64,000 nucleotides of DNA from Octopus sinensis (GCF_006345805.1 NC_043002.1:71486001-71550000), one strand, 5' to 3'; positions 1 through 12,503 are shown, counted from the stretch's first letter. Numbers and translations are program-made. Notes: generated by a model not told the origin, from the sequence alone.

Positions 1-465
1 CTCTGTGAACATATAGAAACATGTGTCGGTAGAAATTTAACAATTTTGACGCTCTTCCTATTATATCAATTTGCCCATAGTGCAACAGCAACACGTCAAC
101 AAGGAGATATCCTTTCTGACAACATACCGATCACTTCTAAACCACTGTAGATGAGAAAAAAATAACCATTTCTAGTAAAATCGTTACTGCTGCAGCTCCT
201 ATTGTCACTTCAGATGCCACTCTTTCTGTTAAAACAACTGTTGCTACGGCTACTACTGCCTCTCCTGCTACTGAAGGAGACAGACAAATGACTGTATACA
301 GTTACAGCTTCTATTTTCACCGATAGTACAACGTCTGTTGCTTGAACTAGTACTGCCGCTTCTACTAGTGACGCTGTTAAAGACTCTAATACAACAATGA
401 CCATAGTTGCCACTAATACTGCCACCAGAGCCATACAGTCTCTACAAGTAATAGCCACTCATTAA
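1..465 (+). pseudogene. Possible decayed Thr/Ser/Ala-rich (mucin-like) reading frame, or decayed ACT/GCT trinucleotide array
   Basis: Stitching frames gives LCEHIETCVGRNLTILTLFLLYQFAHSATATRQQGDILSDNIPITSK / TTVDEKKITISSKIVTAAAPIVTSDATLSVKTTVATATTASPATEGD / TVTASIFTDSTTSVA*TSTAASTSDAVKDSNTTMTIVATNTATRAIQ. This needs 2 frameshifts and reads through 1 stop. No family motif is recognised. Confidence 0.2.
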
Positions 466-1343
466 TGAGACATTGAAAGTAAGGGAAAATAGAAACTATT
501 TAAAGTTTTACGACTGCTGTTATGATCCAGAAACTACTAGTAGGAGGCTAGCGACGAGCACCGTGTACATTTTATAAGAGAGACACATGAACTCCCAAAA
601 CTGATGTCATAAACGATTAGTTTATCTCATTTTCTTACATTTTCATGTAGCATGACTAAATTGCTTAAAAGAATTGAAACCAGTGGCATATGCTTATAAA
701 AATGTAAACATGCTTTCTTTTGATTTATAATAAAATTCTAAAAAAATGTTTTCCCATATGGCTTTTGAGAGTATACTCATATACACACACAAAGAGAAAT
801 ACATATATACACCTTCACCTGGTACATGTATTGGGGTCAAGTTGGATCAAATCGTATGATATTATTTTGTCGTGTGTATCTTCAAGATGGTGAAAGAAAA
901 CAATATAGCACGAATTTTTATCTTCACATAGAAACGCATTCTTTTACTAAAATAAGGAATGTCAATAACTCTGTAATTCATCAATGTCATAGGAAGGAAG
1001 CGATGAATTAATCAGACGGGAATTTATTTACTGACGATCCAAATCAGATATAAATAATCAACGTTTCAATGCTATATGTATACAACGAAGAAAGTACTTC
1101 AACGTTCTCGAGAGATGAAAAACTTAGAAGTGATGTACAATGAATTACTAGGAATAGATTCTTTGCTAACCATAAATCTATTTCTAAAATTTTAATCAGC
1201 TGTGCAAATTAAATAACTGCTGGTAAAATCTTAACTCTCGTGCCACACCGATCAACAAAACAGACAAGAAAGCTACTAAACGTTAAGAGAAAACCTAAAT
1301 CATAGTCACATCCATATACCCAAATAATCGCACATAAGCACAT

Positions 1344-1446
1344 ATATATGTATCTATATGTATAAGTAAATATATATGGGTATATGTATATATATGTGTG
1401 TGTGTGTCTGTGTATATATATATACACACACCACACACACACACAC

Positions 1447-1485
<39 letters not shown>

Positions 1486-1659
1486 TTATATACATATATA
1501 TATATATTATATATATATATATATGTATGTACACACAGTGAAAATAATGAGGGTAGAAAATTTAGAGAAATTTTCCTACCGGTGGCCAACATGCGTAATA
1601 AAGTCAATAGACAACATATTTTTCATATGAAATAATGTGTATACGTATGGTATTTTATA

Positions 1660-1756
<97 letters not shown>

Positions 1757-1810
1757 TGTATGTATGTATGTATGTATGTATATATATATATATATATATA
1801 ATATATATAT
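1344..1810. repeat. Compound microsatellites (TA)n/(TG)n/(CA)n/(TATG)n
   Basis: Directly visible dinucleotide and tetranucleotide runs. Confidence 0.95.
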
Positions 1811-3676
1811 CCATACATATACATAAATATATGCATGCATGTATGCATCTATAAATGTGTATTATGTACGTGTGTATGTACTATAGGTGATGAAATGCTC
1901 AAATACTGTTTCCGTAGTTTCTTCTTATGTTTCGTCAATCCTATTTTCTGAAACCAATGAAAGACACCAACTGTAATGCAATAGAAACGTTTTCCACCTG
2001 AAATTTAGTACGTGACATCAAATAAGGCTGACAGTGTGCGTTCGATTCGTTTCTCTCCTTTGTGTATTCGTGTAGTATTTGTATGTATTTAATGCCATTG
2101 GCGATAAAAACAAAAACAGGACGGCAAGAACATAAAACTATGAAAGCTTCAGGTGATTTACTACAGCCATAAAAACAGTGAGAGCATAAAATTTTCGGAG
2201 TTGCCAGGATGCGTGGAATCATCGATATATCGGAAACAACACCTAAGACAGAAATTGCTGTTAATGATCGTAAGAAACTTAAAAAGAGTGCTTTAGTATA
2301 TGGGATATTTTCAATACGTTTCTTATTTTCATACGTCTATACATACAACATGTATACGTTCATACATAAATTTAGACATACAATTACTTATATACATTTT
2401 CACACATATGTTTGTATGTACACACACACACACATATATATATAATATATATATATATATATTATATATATATATATATATGAAATGTTAAGTGTATTTG
2501 TATAAGATATGTATGTTTGACGTTCTTAATTCGTGCATTTCACAATTATGTTTACAGTTTTTTTCATCCTTTTATATATACAACTTACCCATTTTCTCTC
2601 CGCTATTTGTCTCTTGAACCCTCAAAATCGAACCTAGTACGTCGCAGGCTTCGTTTCAGGCTCCATTTTGAGGGAGTGATACTCCTTCCCCTTTGCAACA
2701 ACTTAGTATAGGGTCATACGTACTAATATTCACTCCTAATACGTAAAGAAAAACAGAGAACCTAAATTATCTGTACATAAGACTGTTTTCTAAACCTAGC
2801 AGTAATAGTTTCTTACATAGAATTAAAATATATTATAAATACGATACAAGAAAGGAAAGAAAAGCATTCTTTCTAATGAACGAAAGCTATTTAAAATGTG
2901 CATCATAATCACTGATGCGTAAGCAACTTCTCATTTGAAAACATTGGTCTACAAAATTGGAATGTTGTGCCATGCTTTCAGCTTTAGAAAATAGAGTTGG
3001 TCTTGTAATGTTTATGTTTTATGGTTCACTGAAATCTATTTTCCAAACGAAGAAATCTGGAGACTTTATATGTTATTGAAGTGTGTGATTCCAGCACTCT
3101 ATCTTTTGCAGGAATTATATCCTTTGTTTATTTAGTGTGCCATTGTATTATACTGTTATTTTTGCTAGATCAGTAATATTAGAGCAGGCCTTTAATCAAA
3201 GATATTTCCGCTAGGACCATCCCGTATTTTAGTTTAAAAGAACATGCATCTAAGACTATGTTAACCAATTTTAAAATGAAAATATAGGGGAAATCTAAGG
3301 AGATTTAGCTGCTCTATTTAACGTAGGAGAGGTCACTGCGTAAAGCATTTTAATGGCATTTAGTGTACAATTGATTCAGAAAATACATCACTGTATTTGA
3401 AAATACGGTTACGGTATTGATTCTGATATTCCATATCAATGAACAGTTATCAACTAGTAGTTACGTACAAACTGCAATACAGAATAGATTGATAACTTAA
3501 TTTCAATTGATTGATGCCTTAATTTCTCTAGTCTGACGCAGTTATTATGGCCCACCTACCTTATAAAAGGTTTTAGTTTGCAAAAATACGGGGATGCAAT
3601 TATGTGCGGAAAATGCTAAGAAATAGTGTATTTTGAATAAATATATAATAGTTTTCCGCGGATTTGTTTTTGCATA

Positions 3677-4090
3677 GGCGTAGGATTGGCTGTATGGTAA
3701 GTAGCTTGCTTACCAACCACATGGTTCCGGGTTCAGTCCCACTGCGTGGCACCTTGGGTAAATGTCTTCTACTATAACCTCGTGCCGACCAAAGCCTTGT
3801 GAGTGCATTTGGTAGACGGAAACTGAAACTGAATATATGAATATATATATATCTGTGTTTGTGTGTGTATGTTTGTGTGTCTGTATTTGTCCCACCAACA
3901 TCGCTTGACAACCGATGCTCGTGTGTTTACGTCTCCGTAACTTAGCGGTTCGGAAAAAGAGGCCGATAGAGTAAGTACTAGGCTTACAGAGAATAAGTCC
4001 CGGGGTCGATTTGCTCGACTAAAGGCGGTGCTCCAGCATGGCCACAGTCAAATGACTGAAACAAGTAAAAGAGTAAAAGAGAGAAAAGAG
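3677..4090 (+). mobile_element. tRNA-derived SINE, family A (full length, internal microsatellite)
   Basis: Head GGCGTAGGATTGGCTGTATGGTAAG with B-box-like GGTTCAGTCCC, CORE-like CCTTGGGTAAATGTCTT, a central (TA)/(TG) tract and tail ...CAGTCAAATGACTGAAACAAGTAAAAGAG. More than 12 related copies occur in the window. Confidence 0.9.
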
Positions 4091-4419
4091 TATATTTAGA
4101 CACAAATTAAAGTAGAAGATACATTGCTAAGAATTGCTGACAGGTTGACAAATGATATACTGTGAAATAATATTTCTTTTTTTTTTATTGATATTAATAT
4201 GCTACTGTATACGAAAGTCGCATATGTTTCTAAGCAATGCAATAATCATTTGTTAGCAATGAAATCGAATTGTCGGTAAACCATCTGTTAGCGTTACTTT
4301 CACTACATGTAGTAAGTATTAAGTGGAGCTTTGTAGAAAGCTTCAGCGAAACTTTGTCGAGATTGTCACACTGTTCACTTTGCTTCTTTATTTGAAAGTA
4401 AAGACCTTCAATTACTGCA

Positions 4420-4557
4420 TTCGATTATATTGACCCAAGTGCTCACCTAGTTCTTATATTGTCGACCGCGGTGGAATTTGACTTCAGACAGCAAAGACAG
4501 GGAAAACACTGTTAAGAATATTGCTCGGCGTGCTACCGAATGTACCAACTCGCCAGC
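4420..4557 (-). mobile_element. SINE family B, degenerate partial
   Basis: GTCGACCGCGGTGGAATTTGACTTCAGA...CAACTCGCCAGC matches the reverse complement of the family B head and body. Confidence 0.6.
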
Positions 4558-5143
4558 GTTGCACACTTCGATGATATTTAACGTTTTAAATAAATGTTTC
4601 GTATGAATCTCATCCCTAGATCTAATAGTTCAAACTCCTAATATGCGATTGTTGATGAAATCAACGTCACTACTCGATGGAAGAAAGAATTCTTTTATCT
4701 GCCCTATGAGGATACTGTGAATGCTTCATGAAAGTGAAGGGAGGCTGTTATGTAGAAAAATAATGTGACTATACCATAGATATAAATCAACATTGGCGAG
4801 AGACACAGGTTCTCTTGAAATAAAGTCCATCGACATACACAACACTATGTTAGCGTAATCGCTATCAAAAAATGTTGAGAAGCAGTTATTTTGTGTTGGA
4901 AAATTGTTGTTCACAATCTGCAATACAAAATAAGAAGTAAATTATATGAACACCCAATAACTGAACTTCTAATTTTGTTGGAAAATTCCCTTAAGATTAT
5001 ACCGCAAACTAGACACTTAGACGTTTTACGATAATCCATATTCAGAAGAGATATATGAGAGTTATCGATTAAAATAAAGTAATGTTCGTATATGAATTTA
5101 AAAAATCAGTACACTGGTTGTAGAAACGGTGCATTTATATTAA

Positions 5144-5373
5144 GGCAGCGAACTGGCAGAAACGTTAGCACGCTGGACGAAGTCCTTAACGGTATCTCGT
5201 CTGCTGTTACGTTATGAGTTCAAATTCCGCCGAGGTCGACTTTGCCTTTCATCCTTTCGGTCGATAAATTAAGTACCAGTTACGCACTGGTGTTGATGTA
5301 ATCAACTTGATTCCTTTGTCTGTTCTTGTTTGTCCCCCTCTATGTTTAGCCCCTTGTTGGCAATAAAGAAACA
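5144..5373 (+). mobile_element. tRNA-derived SINE, family B, with target-site duplication
   Basis: GGCAGCGAACTGGCAGAAACGTTAGC...GAGTTCAAATTCCGCCGAGGTCGACTTTGCCTTTCATCCTTTCGGTCGATAAATTAAGTACCAG. It is flanked by AGAAACGGTGCATTTATA (5122-5139) and AGAAACGGTGTGCATTTATA (5374-5393). Confidence 0.9.
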
Positions 5374-5569
5374 AGAAACGGTGTGCATTTATACTTTTCT
5401 TCTCATTTGCAACGTCAGTCAATATAAGCTCTAAAGAATTCCAAGCTTACGGTACGGTTTCGTTAGCAGATAAATATAGTCATTTTCATTTATTTTTCTA
5501 ATACATTGCATAAACTTATGGAAAATTCACTATTTCATTAGAGGTATTTTACTAGTCTTCATCGTGATT

Positions 5570-5695
5570 TGCTTACCATACACATGGTTCTGGGTTCGGT
5601 ACCACCACGTAACATTTTATGTAAATCTTCTAAGTATAGCCTAGGGCCGACCTATGCATTGTGCGAGGATTTAAAAGACGAAAATTGAAAGAAAA
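5570..5695 (+). mobile_element. SINE family A, degenerate 5' half
   Basis: TTGCTTACCATACACATGGTTCTGGGTTCGGTACC...TATAGCCTAGGGCCGACC aligns with the 3677 copy. Confidence 0.65.
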
Positions 5696-6372
5696 CTTTA
5701 TATATATAAGACGCATATATCTGTGCGTGTTTGTGTGTGCGTGTGTATGTGTACTTATAGGTGTATATACAAACACACATGTACATACATATATCAACCG
5801 TTGGAATAATAAAATGTGTGTGTTAGGATGTATGTTCGCACGTCCCAGTTTTAAGTGTTTGAGTAAAAGATTTGTACTTTGTATATAAACAAATAAAACG
5901 GCTGATCCGTTGAATTATACAAGAAAGTGAAGTGAAAACAATGATTTTTGACTGTTGATATCTAATTAAAATGCTAAGAACGGGCGTATTATCCCTTCAA
6001 TATACAACTTAACATTTTATTTCGTTCTCAGTTTATTCATGTTAAGAGACCAGGTGTTACATTTACCTCTCAATACACACGTGTATACAATTCTTGTTTA
6101 ATGTAGGTCAAAATGTCAAGTTATTAGAAGTCTCTATTATTAAAACGTGGCGACGAAAGAGGCTATCTTGTAAATACAGACAGACAATCGACACCGAAAA
6201 AAAAGCTTTCTCTTGTAATTTGACAGATTTGTATTGTATTCAGTTTTTATGATTTATGAAACTTGTTCTTTAATATTTCATAAATGCTCTGCAAAGTTCA
6301 TTCCTAAAGGAGGTGCATAAACGTTAAAATTCAGTTTTCCTCAAAACAATAGTCTAACAGTGTAAGATAGTA

Positions 6373-6603
6373 CAGTAGTCCCTCGCCATTTCGCGGTTCA
6401 CCTATCGCGGTTCACCTATAGGGATTTATTGTATATGCTTACGCCTTCCTCTCTTGTGTTGTTTTACATTTAAAATAAAATAAATATATACAAGGTATAA
6501 AAATAATTTTAAAAATATACAGTACAGTACTGTTTCTTCGCGTATTTTCACCTATTGCGGGAGATTTTGGCATGTAAAAACTGCGACAGTCGAGGGATTA
6601 CTG
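6373..6603. mobile_element. Tigger/pogo-type MITE (Tc1/mariner superfamily)
   Basis: TA|CAGTAGTCCCTCG ... CGAGGGATTACTG|TA shows terminal inverted repeats with a TA target duplication. It also has an internal 14-bp tandem duplication TCGCGGTTCACCTA. Confidence 0.85.
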
Positions 6604-7347
6604 TATATAAAGTTTATAAAATAGACTTCATCACAATATTGGTTGATATAATTTGTATAATTGATATTTAGTCCAAGTGGACATTTATATATTCTTACGC
6701 CCTCATAAATATAGACACACAAGACAGAACCGTAAGTTTCAGGTCTGATTCCTATGTATACAGCTGTTTAGAATATACTGAATTTAAACATTGAATCGTT
6801 TTTCACGAATACCAGATGCGTTACTACACTAAATTGACTAAATAGCAATTGATGCAAACCTATGAAACAGGTTTCAGTTAAAATACGTAGCAGACTAATC
6901 ACGCGTTTTGAAAGACACGAGGTAGAAGAATAGCAGTGTTTTATACGACGCCCTAATCACATGCATATGCGGTGTAACAGTGGAATTGTTCCTCAACAAG
7001 TAATGAATTACATTAAGCATCAAGAGAATGTAAAAGAAGGGCATAAATTCCTATATTGTTCTGTTAGGAATCTTGAATGTAACCGCAATTAAGCTAAAGA
7101 TGAACATGAAAAAGTGTACAATGAAGGACTAGAAATCCAAAACTGGAGACATTGACAACATCCATGATGAAAAAAAGTATAATGCTGCCTGAAATGTTCT
7201 GAATATTCTTAGAACTTACCAACAAAATGGCTTTTCTGATGACAGAAAACGTGGGGGGGGGAACTGTTGATTTGTGTCTACATGTTACGTCTCAGATCTT
7301 CATAATCCTTTTCACGAAAGAGCTACGTAGAACACTTGTCCATAATC

Positions 7348-7676
7348 CACTGGGTCAATGGCAAATGACCTCTACGTTTAAAACATTCCTCGATCAGTTA
7401 TGGCAGTTAAACTCATTGAATAATGCGTTACCTCCCAATAACGTTACCTCACAATCAATTGTCGGTAGTATGATGTTGGCCACATCAAAACTGAACTTTG
7501 ATTGAGGAGTGCGAAAACTAAAATGGCGAAGACATTTAGTCCTGTGCTCTATTGTACGTTTTTGTCATACTACCGACCAACTGATTCTGAGGTAACACAT
7601 TATTCAAGGATCTTAACTACCATAACTGATCGAGGAATGCTTTAAACGTAGGGGGTCATTTGCTATTGCCCCAGTG
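7348..7676. mobile_element. Foldback/MITE-like element with ~115-125 bp inverted arms (CACTGGG...CCCAGTG)
   Basis: 7348-7473 aligns to the reverse complement of 7565-7676 (shared TTCCTCGATCAGTTATGGYAGTTAA and GTCGGTAGTATGA). The spacer is 91 bp. Confidence 0.7.
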
Positions 7677-8811
7677 ATATTAAGTATTTTCCTGAAGCTT
7701 TGATAATTGCTTGAGTCAGAAATAAAGTTTCTATAATTTGCGGTAGTTATAGAGAAATTTACATCATTGGCGCAAGATCGAGATGTAAATGGTGAGGCTG
7801 TTCTAATGACAAATATATAATACGTCACATAAACAATATGAGAGATTCCTATATGGATCCCTTGTATGGTAAAAATAGACGTCAAATCGCCTTACCACTA
7901 AATCTGTGTTCTCAACTTTGTAACACGCTAGATGTTTACGAGCTAGTCATATGAAAAAAAAAAAATAAACATAGCACTTAATTCCATACCTTAAGATTTC
8001 AACGTGATCAATTCAATAATTGCCTGTGTCTCCTCAGTGAAATTGGTTGCTTTTTTTTTTTCTTTTCTACGTAGAACATAGAAATTTGTAGGATACAATA
8101 CGGGTTACTCAATTATTTAGTTTGCACAAATGGTGGATATTTCGCCGCAATATTTGGACATTTTATAATAACATCTTATTCCAACAGGAACTCGTTCTCC
8201 AGTTTCATCGTAAAGTACATCAGATTACATTACAAACTCGGCAATTAATAGCTTAGAGTTTCCCATTTCAAATTATTATTATATAGAATTTAGGTTCCAA
8301 GGAATCCGAAGTTACGATTTAGTTTCACATTTTGTTAAAGCCATTTTTCTTCAATTGTTCTGATATTTCAGTTGAGAGAACTGGATATTGCAAACCCATT
8401 TCTAAGACAAAGATGTAATTATTGTGCGTGTGTATGTGCTTGTGTGGACGTGTGTGTATATGCGAATGTATATGTGAGTGTGTGTGTGTGTGTGTGTGCG
8501 ACTATGTACACTTGTGTGCACATGTAGATGGGAATATGTGTATGAGAGAAAGACAGAGAGATAGAAAGAAAGAATGTATTCCTCAAATACTTCATTAGCA
8601 ATGGAAGCAGTATTAATGCAACTTGGCATTCTATATATCTTATTTAAGGTGGATATAGTGAAGAGAGGCAAAAAACTGCGGTATTCGTCTCAGGAGAGCA
8701 TCTAGTATATATAGAGGTACACGCCAGCGACGGCATGCTTCTATACGTTGAATATCTACTGATTTTAATTCTTACTTAGCCTTTATACATATATACATAT
8801 ACATATATATA

Positions 8812-8960
8812 TGGTTGGTTAAATTTCACCTTAGAGTAAATCAAAACCATTTAATTCCACGATATATTTATTTATAACAACTGAATGAATTTGATAAACA
8901 CATCTAAATATGAAACATCATGAAAATTGTTCAAACTGGGGTCCTTCTTGAGCGACACAT
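8812..8960 (+). repeat. Unclassified interspersed repeat (second copy at 37298-37442)
   Basis: Shared CATCTAAATATGAA-CATCATGAAAATTGTTCAAACTGRGGTCCTTCTTGAGCG plus about 90 bp of upstream similarity. Confidence 0.7.
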
Positions 8961-9044
8961 TTTTCCATTCGAGTCAATACAGAATTAGATAGTATATATG
9001 GAACATTGATTTACTGTTGGGCGATTTTCGGCCAGCCTAGTATG

Positions 9045-9050
9045 CGCACA

Positions 9051-9102
<52 letters not shown>

Positions 9103-9122
9103 CATACATACATACTACATAT

Positions 9123-9158
<36 letters not shown>

Positions 9159-9191
9159 ATATATATACATACATACATACATAATACATAA

Positions 9192-9228
<37 letters not shown>
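9045..9228. repeat. (CA)n/(TA)n microsatellite
   Basis: Directly visible. Confidence 0.95.
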
Positions 9229-9231
<3 letters not shown>

Positions 9232-10515
9232 GCTGCTATTATGTTAAACTGTTGCACATCCAATCTGGCCACATACGTTTTTTCTTTTTTTTCAATATTT
9301 AATTTTGCTTGCAATAGTGGATTCTTTTGGTCAAGCTATCGTATCTCCAGCTGCTTTAGATGCCAAAATATGAAAATTCTCATAGCATTTTTCAAACGTG
9401 TAGTAAGTGCGATATAGGACAGTATTGAATAAAAATATTTCTTCTCTGAAATGTCATAAAAGTATGGAGCTAGGATTTTATGCACCCAACAAAGTATCAT
9501 TGTTAAAACTGTTGCTAACGTAAACAAAGAAAAAAAATGGAATGGTGAAACTATTTTTCCGTTTTCTGAAAAAGCAACATTTTGAACTTTTTTCGCTGTA
9601 ATTTTAAACCCTTTTATCTTACTCATTTACCCACTATATCATCTTGCCGAATAATACATTTGTATTAGATACACACTTAGCCTATATAGAACCAAGCTCT
9701 TATAACTCACTTTCTGTTTTATAGCTCAAGTGGAGTACATTCTAAAATCATTAACATGCAGGAAGTAAATGATATGTCTAGCATATTCCTTTAATTTAAC
9801 TCATTAATACAAATAAATTACTATTTACTCACTAACTATAAATATATATTAATAATAATTTGATGTATATATTTTTATAAATATGAAATGATTTCTGCAC
9901 TCCCCATCCCTATATAAGATACTAAAATTTATTAGAATCCTTTGAAAAAACTATTTAAAAGATATTTAATTCAAATCGCATGTAGGATTATGGCTGTTAA
10001 ATATTTAAGGTATTGGAAGTTTCTATTCTCCCTACCCCACTAGCTTCAGCCTACTAACTTTAGCTAAAATACATTAAGCTGTACCAGAGTTAGGTTCTTC
10101 AAAAAAGAGTTTGATTTATGGCTCTGCCACTTAAACTGCCTCTTCCTCTATCTATAAATAGATAAAATCTTGGTTGTCTCAACTGAACTTAGTAGAATAA
10201 AAACCCATCCCCAATAGTAAATCTAAATAACAAATAAAGTCAGTGATAAGAAATCTACCTATGAGCAAAGATCATTTACTACCATATTTCCGTTGATAAG
10301 ATTCACCTCTCTGTCTATATACCTACCCTCTTTCTAATGTTGGAAAATGGAATAAGTATAAAAATGAATATTGTCAATTTAATTAAAAAATTCCATATGT
10401 GACTGAAAATGACTCTACATGTTAAAACTGATTTAATACTTACATTGTTTAATTAAATGAAGTAGCATGAAACGATTGTACTGCACTACCTTTGGATATC
10501 CTGTTGCTTATTTTG

Positions 10516-10578
<63 letters not shown>

Positions 10579-10604
10579 TGTATGTATGTATGTATGTATG
10601 TATG

Positions 10605-10665
<61 letters not shown>

Positions 10666-10753
10666 ATTTCCTGAGCGCCTATTAATAATAATACTGTAAT
10701 TGTTCCATTGTTGTTGTTTTTTTGTTTTCCCGTTTGGATTAAAATTATATATC

Positions 10754-10793
<40 letters not shown>

Positions 10794-10809
10794 TATATAT
10801 GTATATATA

Positions 10810-11095
10810 TCTATCTTTATATATAAAAGTAAGGTTGTGTGTCTGGCTCCAACGATTTAGATTCCTAACTACTCCCACATTTTGCGGTGCAGTTTAACCA
10901 AAACCGGGTATCTTATAGTCGTGATTCATATCGAGCCCTTCTGGATATTAGCGCGCGTCTACGATGAGTCTAATTACCATCATTTTTATTCCATTTTTAA
11001 TGCATTTTTTTGCTATTTTTGGGCTATAACTCTCTAAAAATGCTTATATAGTTATTTCCCTTACAAACCCGAACAACGCCGGGTGATACTGCTAG
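10810..11095 (+). mobile_element. Non-autonomous Helitron, family H1
   Basis: 5' A|TCTATCTTTATATATAAAAG and 3' hairpin CCCGAACAACGCCGGG (11068-11083) followed by CTAG|T. No TSD. This is the canonical Helitron terminal signature. Confidence 0.8.
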
Positions 11096-11096
11096 T

Positions 11097-11160
11097 ATAT
11101 ACATACATACATACATACATACATACATACATACATACATACATACATGCATGCATACAA

Positions 11161-11216
<56 letters not shown>

Positions 11217-11335
11217 TACATACATACATACATACATACATACATACATACATACATACATACATACATACATACATACATACATGCATGCATGCATACA
11301 AACATACATACATACATACATACATACATACATAC
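11097..11335. repeat. (TACA)n/(TA)n microsatellite
   Basis: Directly visible. Confidence 0.95.
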
Positions 11336-11429
11336 AATGAGGCACATAATGCCGCAACACAATCTCTTGAGCCAGTTTTGTTTTCTGCCACTTTCCGTCA
11401 TCCACTCCTTTCTCTCAGCCATTCTTGTT

Positions 11430-11880
11430 TCCTTTCTCTTTCAATAAGTATTGGCTATGTGGTTGTGGGACGCCCAGTAGTTGTTTGTCCCTGAGGATGC
11501 CGCTTTAATGTCACCATGCATTCGCTTTCTTGATCGTGTCTGTGCTTTGCCCGATCCATTTCCAGAATTTGCGTCTTGTTTCGTCTCTGTTCCTATTGAG
11601 GCCCGTTGTTGTCACAATGGTATTACTAAGGACTCGTTGCAGTCAATTGATGTGTTGTTTTCTCCTTAAGGATATAAATTTGAAGCTGTCCACTATTTTT
11701 ATTTATTCATTTATTTTAATTATTGTCACTTTTCTGTTTTCACATCCGTTGAGTAATACTGATCCGACCAAAGTTTTAAATAGCGTCAGCTTCCTTTGGC
11801 AGCTTTGTACCATTGGCGTTTTTCTGAATCCTGTCGCTATCCCGTCCACGATTACGGTTTTGTCACAACTTGATTTGTCG
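11430..11880 (-). mobile_element. RTE-clade LINE, decayed C-terminal fragment
   Basis: Minus-strand translation RKLTLFKTLVGSVLLNGCE (RTE motif KxxLxxxxVxSVLLYGCETW), IVDSFKFISLRRKQHIN, ETRRKFWKWIG and PQGQTTTGRP, with stops and frameshifts. Confidence 0.7.
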
Positions 11881-12414
11881 ATAAAATTAATAATGACAGA
11901 CAACAAGAGGATGTGGACAACGAATGTATTAGTTTGGCAATAAGTAAAAAAGGAGAGTTTTTGCAATTTCGAACATAGTTCTTCGTCGGAAAGGAGAAAG
12001 GGAAATGTCCAAATAAGACGTCGCTAACAGCACGTGTGTAGTTATGGATTGTATGTAACATAATCACTTACAAGGCGTGAGGTAATCCGAAAGTGGAATA
12101 CAAGTTTGCACTGCGAGTTACTTAACCACTCAGTCATACTTGGGCCAATTTTCATTTTTATGTCACAGTCATTTTAGAATTTATTGAAACGTTTTAATGT
12201 TTATCGTGTAATCATTCAATTCTCAGGAACATTGTTATTCCGGTAAGAAAATTTGATTTCCGTTAAATTCCTTATTATATTCCTGGCTTCTGTTCAAGTG
12301 ACTTTTCTATCACTTTTATTATATATTGTAACACAAGCAGTCTCAAAGAAACAATAATTCCTATCATAACAATAGCGATAACAGTTTGTTTTGAAAGGTC
12401 TATGATTATTATAG

Positions 12415-12503
12415 CTAGCTAGATAGATAGATATATAGACATATATATATATATAAATATAGATAGATAGATAGATAGATAGAGAGACAGATAGATAGAT
12501 TAT

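Noticed and set aside
1209-1848. Many ORFs such as [27 protein letters not shown] (also at 10.5-11.4, 20.0-20.4, 44.6-45.5, 46.9-49.5 and 53.6-54.3 kb)
   Set aside because: These are stop-free translations of (TA)n, (CA)n, (TACA)n and (GATA)n microsatellites, not genes.
7613-7885. Protein-like minus ORF (SRSCANDVNFSITTANYRNF...) with plausible splice-like ends
   Set aside because: Its distal part lies in the right arm of the 7348-7676 inverted-repeat element, and no family motif is recognisable.
9650-10340. AT-rich stretch superficially resembling mitochondrial rRNA/ND sequence (numt)
   Set aside because: Universal 16S/12S signatures and ND4/ND5 motifs are not matched. Weak LTAIILHAI(W) similarity to an L1-type C-terminus is also too poor to call.
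11440-11670. IGQSTDTIKK(R)MHG read at first as a GIY-YIG motif
   Set aside because: Flanking motifs (SVLLNGCE, WKWIG, PQG..GRP) fit an RTE LINE C-terminus much better.
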